NCBI RefSeq assembly: GCF_964355755.1
Contig: NC_092675.1
Span: forward strand, 22,044,912 to 22,108,911
Source: Antedon mediterranea
Taxonomy: Eukaryota; Animalia; Echinodermata
Length of the DNA: 64,000 nt
Direction of reading: 5' to 3'
The position numbers and the translations under genes are program-made. The notes below the pieces were generated by a model, which was given only the letters and a program-made list of their open reading frames with translations, was not told where the DNA came from and did not search any database. This document shows, one piece after another, positions 62,568-64,000 of the stretch; the first letter of the stretch is position 1; the number at the start of each line of letters is the position of its first letter.

Positions 62568-64000
62568 TAGCATTTTGGAAATGTTTAAATAATGCATTTA
62601 ATACTATTAAGTATTCGATGAAAATCTAGCTTGAATCTATTATTAAATTAAACCTAATAATCACAACTGAGAAGAAATGTTAATTAGTTAATCTAGAAGC
62701 AGTTGATGAAGAAAAAGAGGTATAATCCCCGGTCTCTATGCGAATTACAACCGCTAGTTAGTACCCAGGAATTTCGTACTTTCTTCGGTCTAAAATGAAG
62801 TACGGTACCACTTTATTCCCATTCAATAGACTTGAATACACTTTAATTTACGGGGTACTATTGCTAACATGATTCCCGATAACCGGTTATGAACTTTAAT
62901 TGGATTTTTGCTTGAAATCGATTTTCAAGACGATCAAAACAACATCATTATTTTACCACCAGTACAGCATTTTGTAAATATGAGGGTTTCCCTTTGGTAC
63001 TACCTTGACCTACATTATAACAATAGGTTTATGAAACTGTCATAAACGAGGCCTGAGGATTTGCCAGTGTACGTAAACAATAAATTTATGTTATTATTTA
63101 TTAAGCATGCTTTTCTTTACATGCAAAGAGCCATACGGTGTGTGGATGATCAACTTTTAGTTGCAATCCTATTGGTAGTTAAGAAATATCATTTAACTCA
63201 TTGGCCATTCTATGCAAATTACATCTGCGTCATATTATAATCAGTTTTAAGAATCAGTTTAGGCGAATTTAGAAGAAATTAAGCCGGGTGTACAGTAGTT
63301 CTATTGGCCTACTTTATTTTACAATATTACCACGGCTTTAATGGATCCACCCCGTGTCTTCTTAAACCCATGTGAGGGGTGTGTGGGAGTTAGATGTAGG
63401 CCTATCAGGCCTACCTTAAATGAATGGGTCGAGGAGCCGATAGCATTTAAACATTGTTTATAAAGGTCAGAAGCAGATACAGCTGATAATAATAGAATTC
63501 TAATAATGATTGATAATCACAAAAAAGGTACCATAAAACTAATCCAATGTTCGTTTATCTTTCCTAAATGTAAATTGTAAAATTGTTTATTTAGATTAGG
63601 CCTAATATTTAAATTTTATATTGTATTAATTATTTTTAATTGATAGGCCTATACAGCAGAACCCTTTTTAAAGGGACTTTCAAACCCAAATAAGAATGAC
63701 CCCTACTTTAGCCGTTTGCCGCAGTGTTATATCTTACCATAGAGATATTATAGTTATAGTTATTATAGTTCACATGATCTTACCTCGTTCAATTCCCTAC
63801 GGGAAATTTCCCCTTAATAGTGGTGTCCAAAATAAATAGTTTATTGAAAATGATTGAAAGTGTATTTCAGTTGAAAAATAATACTAAATAAATAAATGCC
63901 TATTTAAAAGCTTGAACAATGTTTATTGCAGTCAAACATCCAGTCTTATACTACATTTTTACAATAATTCCAGACAAAAAAAACCAAAACGGGTGTTACA

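Overview
AT-rich, intron-rich animal genomic DNA. The repeat and gene content suggest a marine invertebrate, possibly an echinoderm, but that is inference. I assembled three spliced genes by hand from GT-AG junctions and frame phase. (1) On the + strand, an apolipophorin-II/I-like large lipid transfer protein (LLTP): 37 exons in the window, about 3,096 aa plus a missing N-terminus, with an RQKR furin site and a VWD-C8-vWA-like tail. (2) On the + strand, a 23-exon SDS22-type leucine-rich-repeat gene with a possible RFX X-box and an apparent frameshift in exon 6. (3) On the - strand, a complete 26-exon, 5,255-aa apoB-like LLTP. Its 5.3-kb exon encodes about 43 tandem 35-aa (70-aa higher-order) amphipathic beta-hairpin repeats densely studded with N-glycosylation sequons, followed by about 1,200 aa of 11-mer amphipathic helices and a VWD-C8-vWA-like tail. 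The two LLTP genes converge on the LRR gene. Non-coding DNA holds a 5S+tRNA chimeric Deu-type SINE, a tRNA SINE, a non-autonomous Helitron, a HINE-like element, several MITEs (one inserted in a 186-bp tandem array with a TAA target duplication), a decayed Penelope-type hammerhead motif and tandem repeats. The strongest novelty candidate is the repeat-built, glycosylated beta-belt apolipoprotein.
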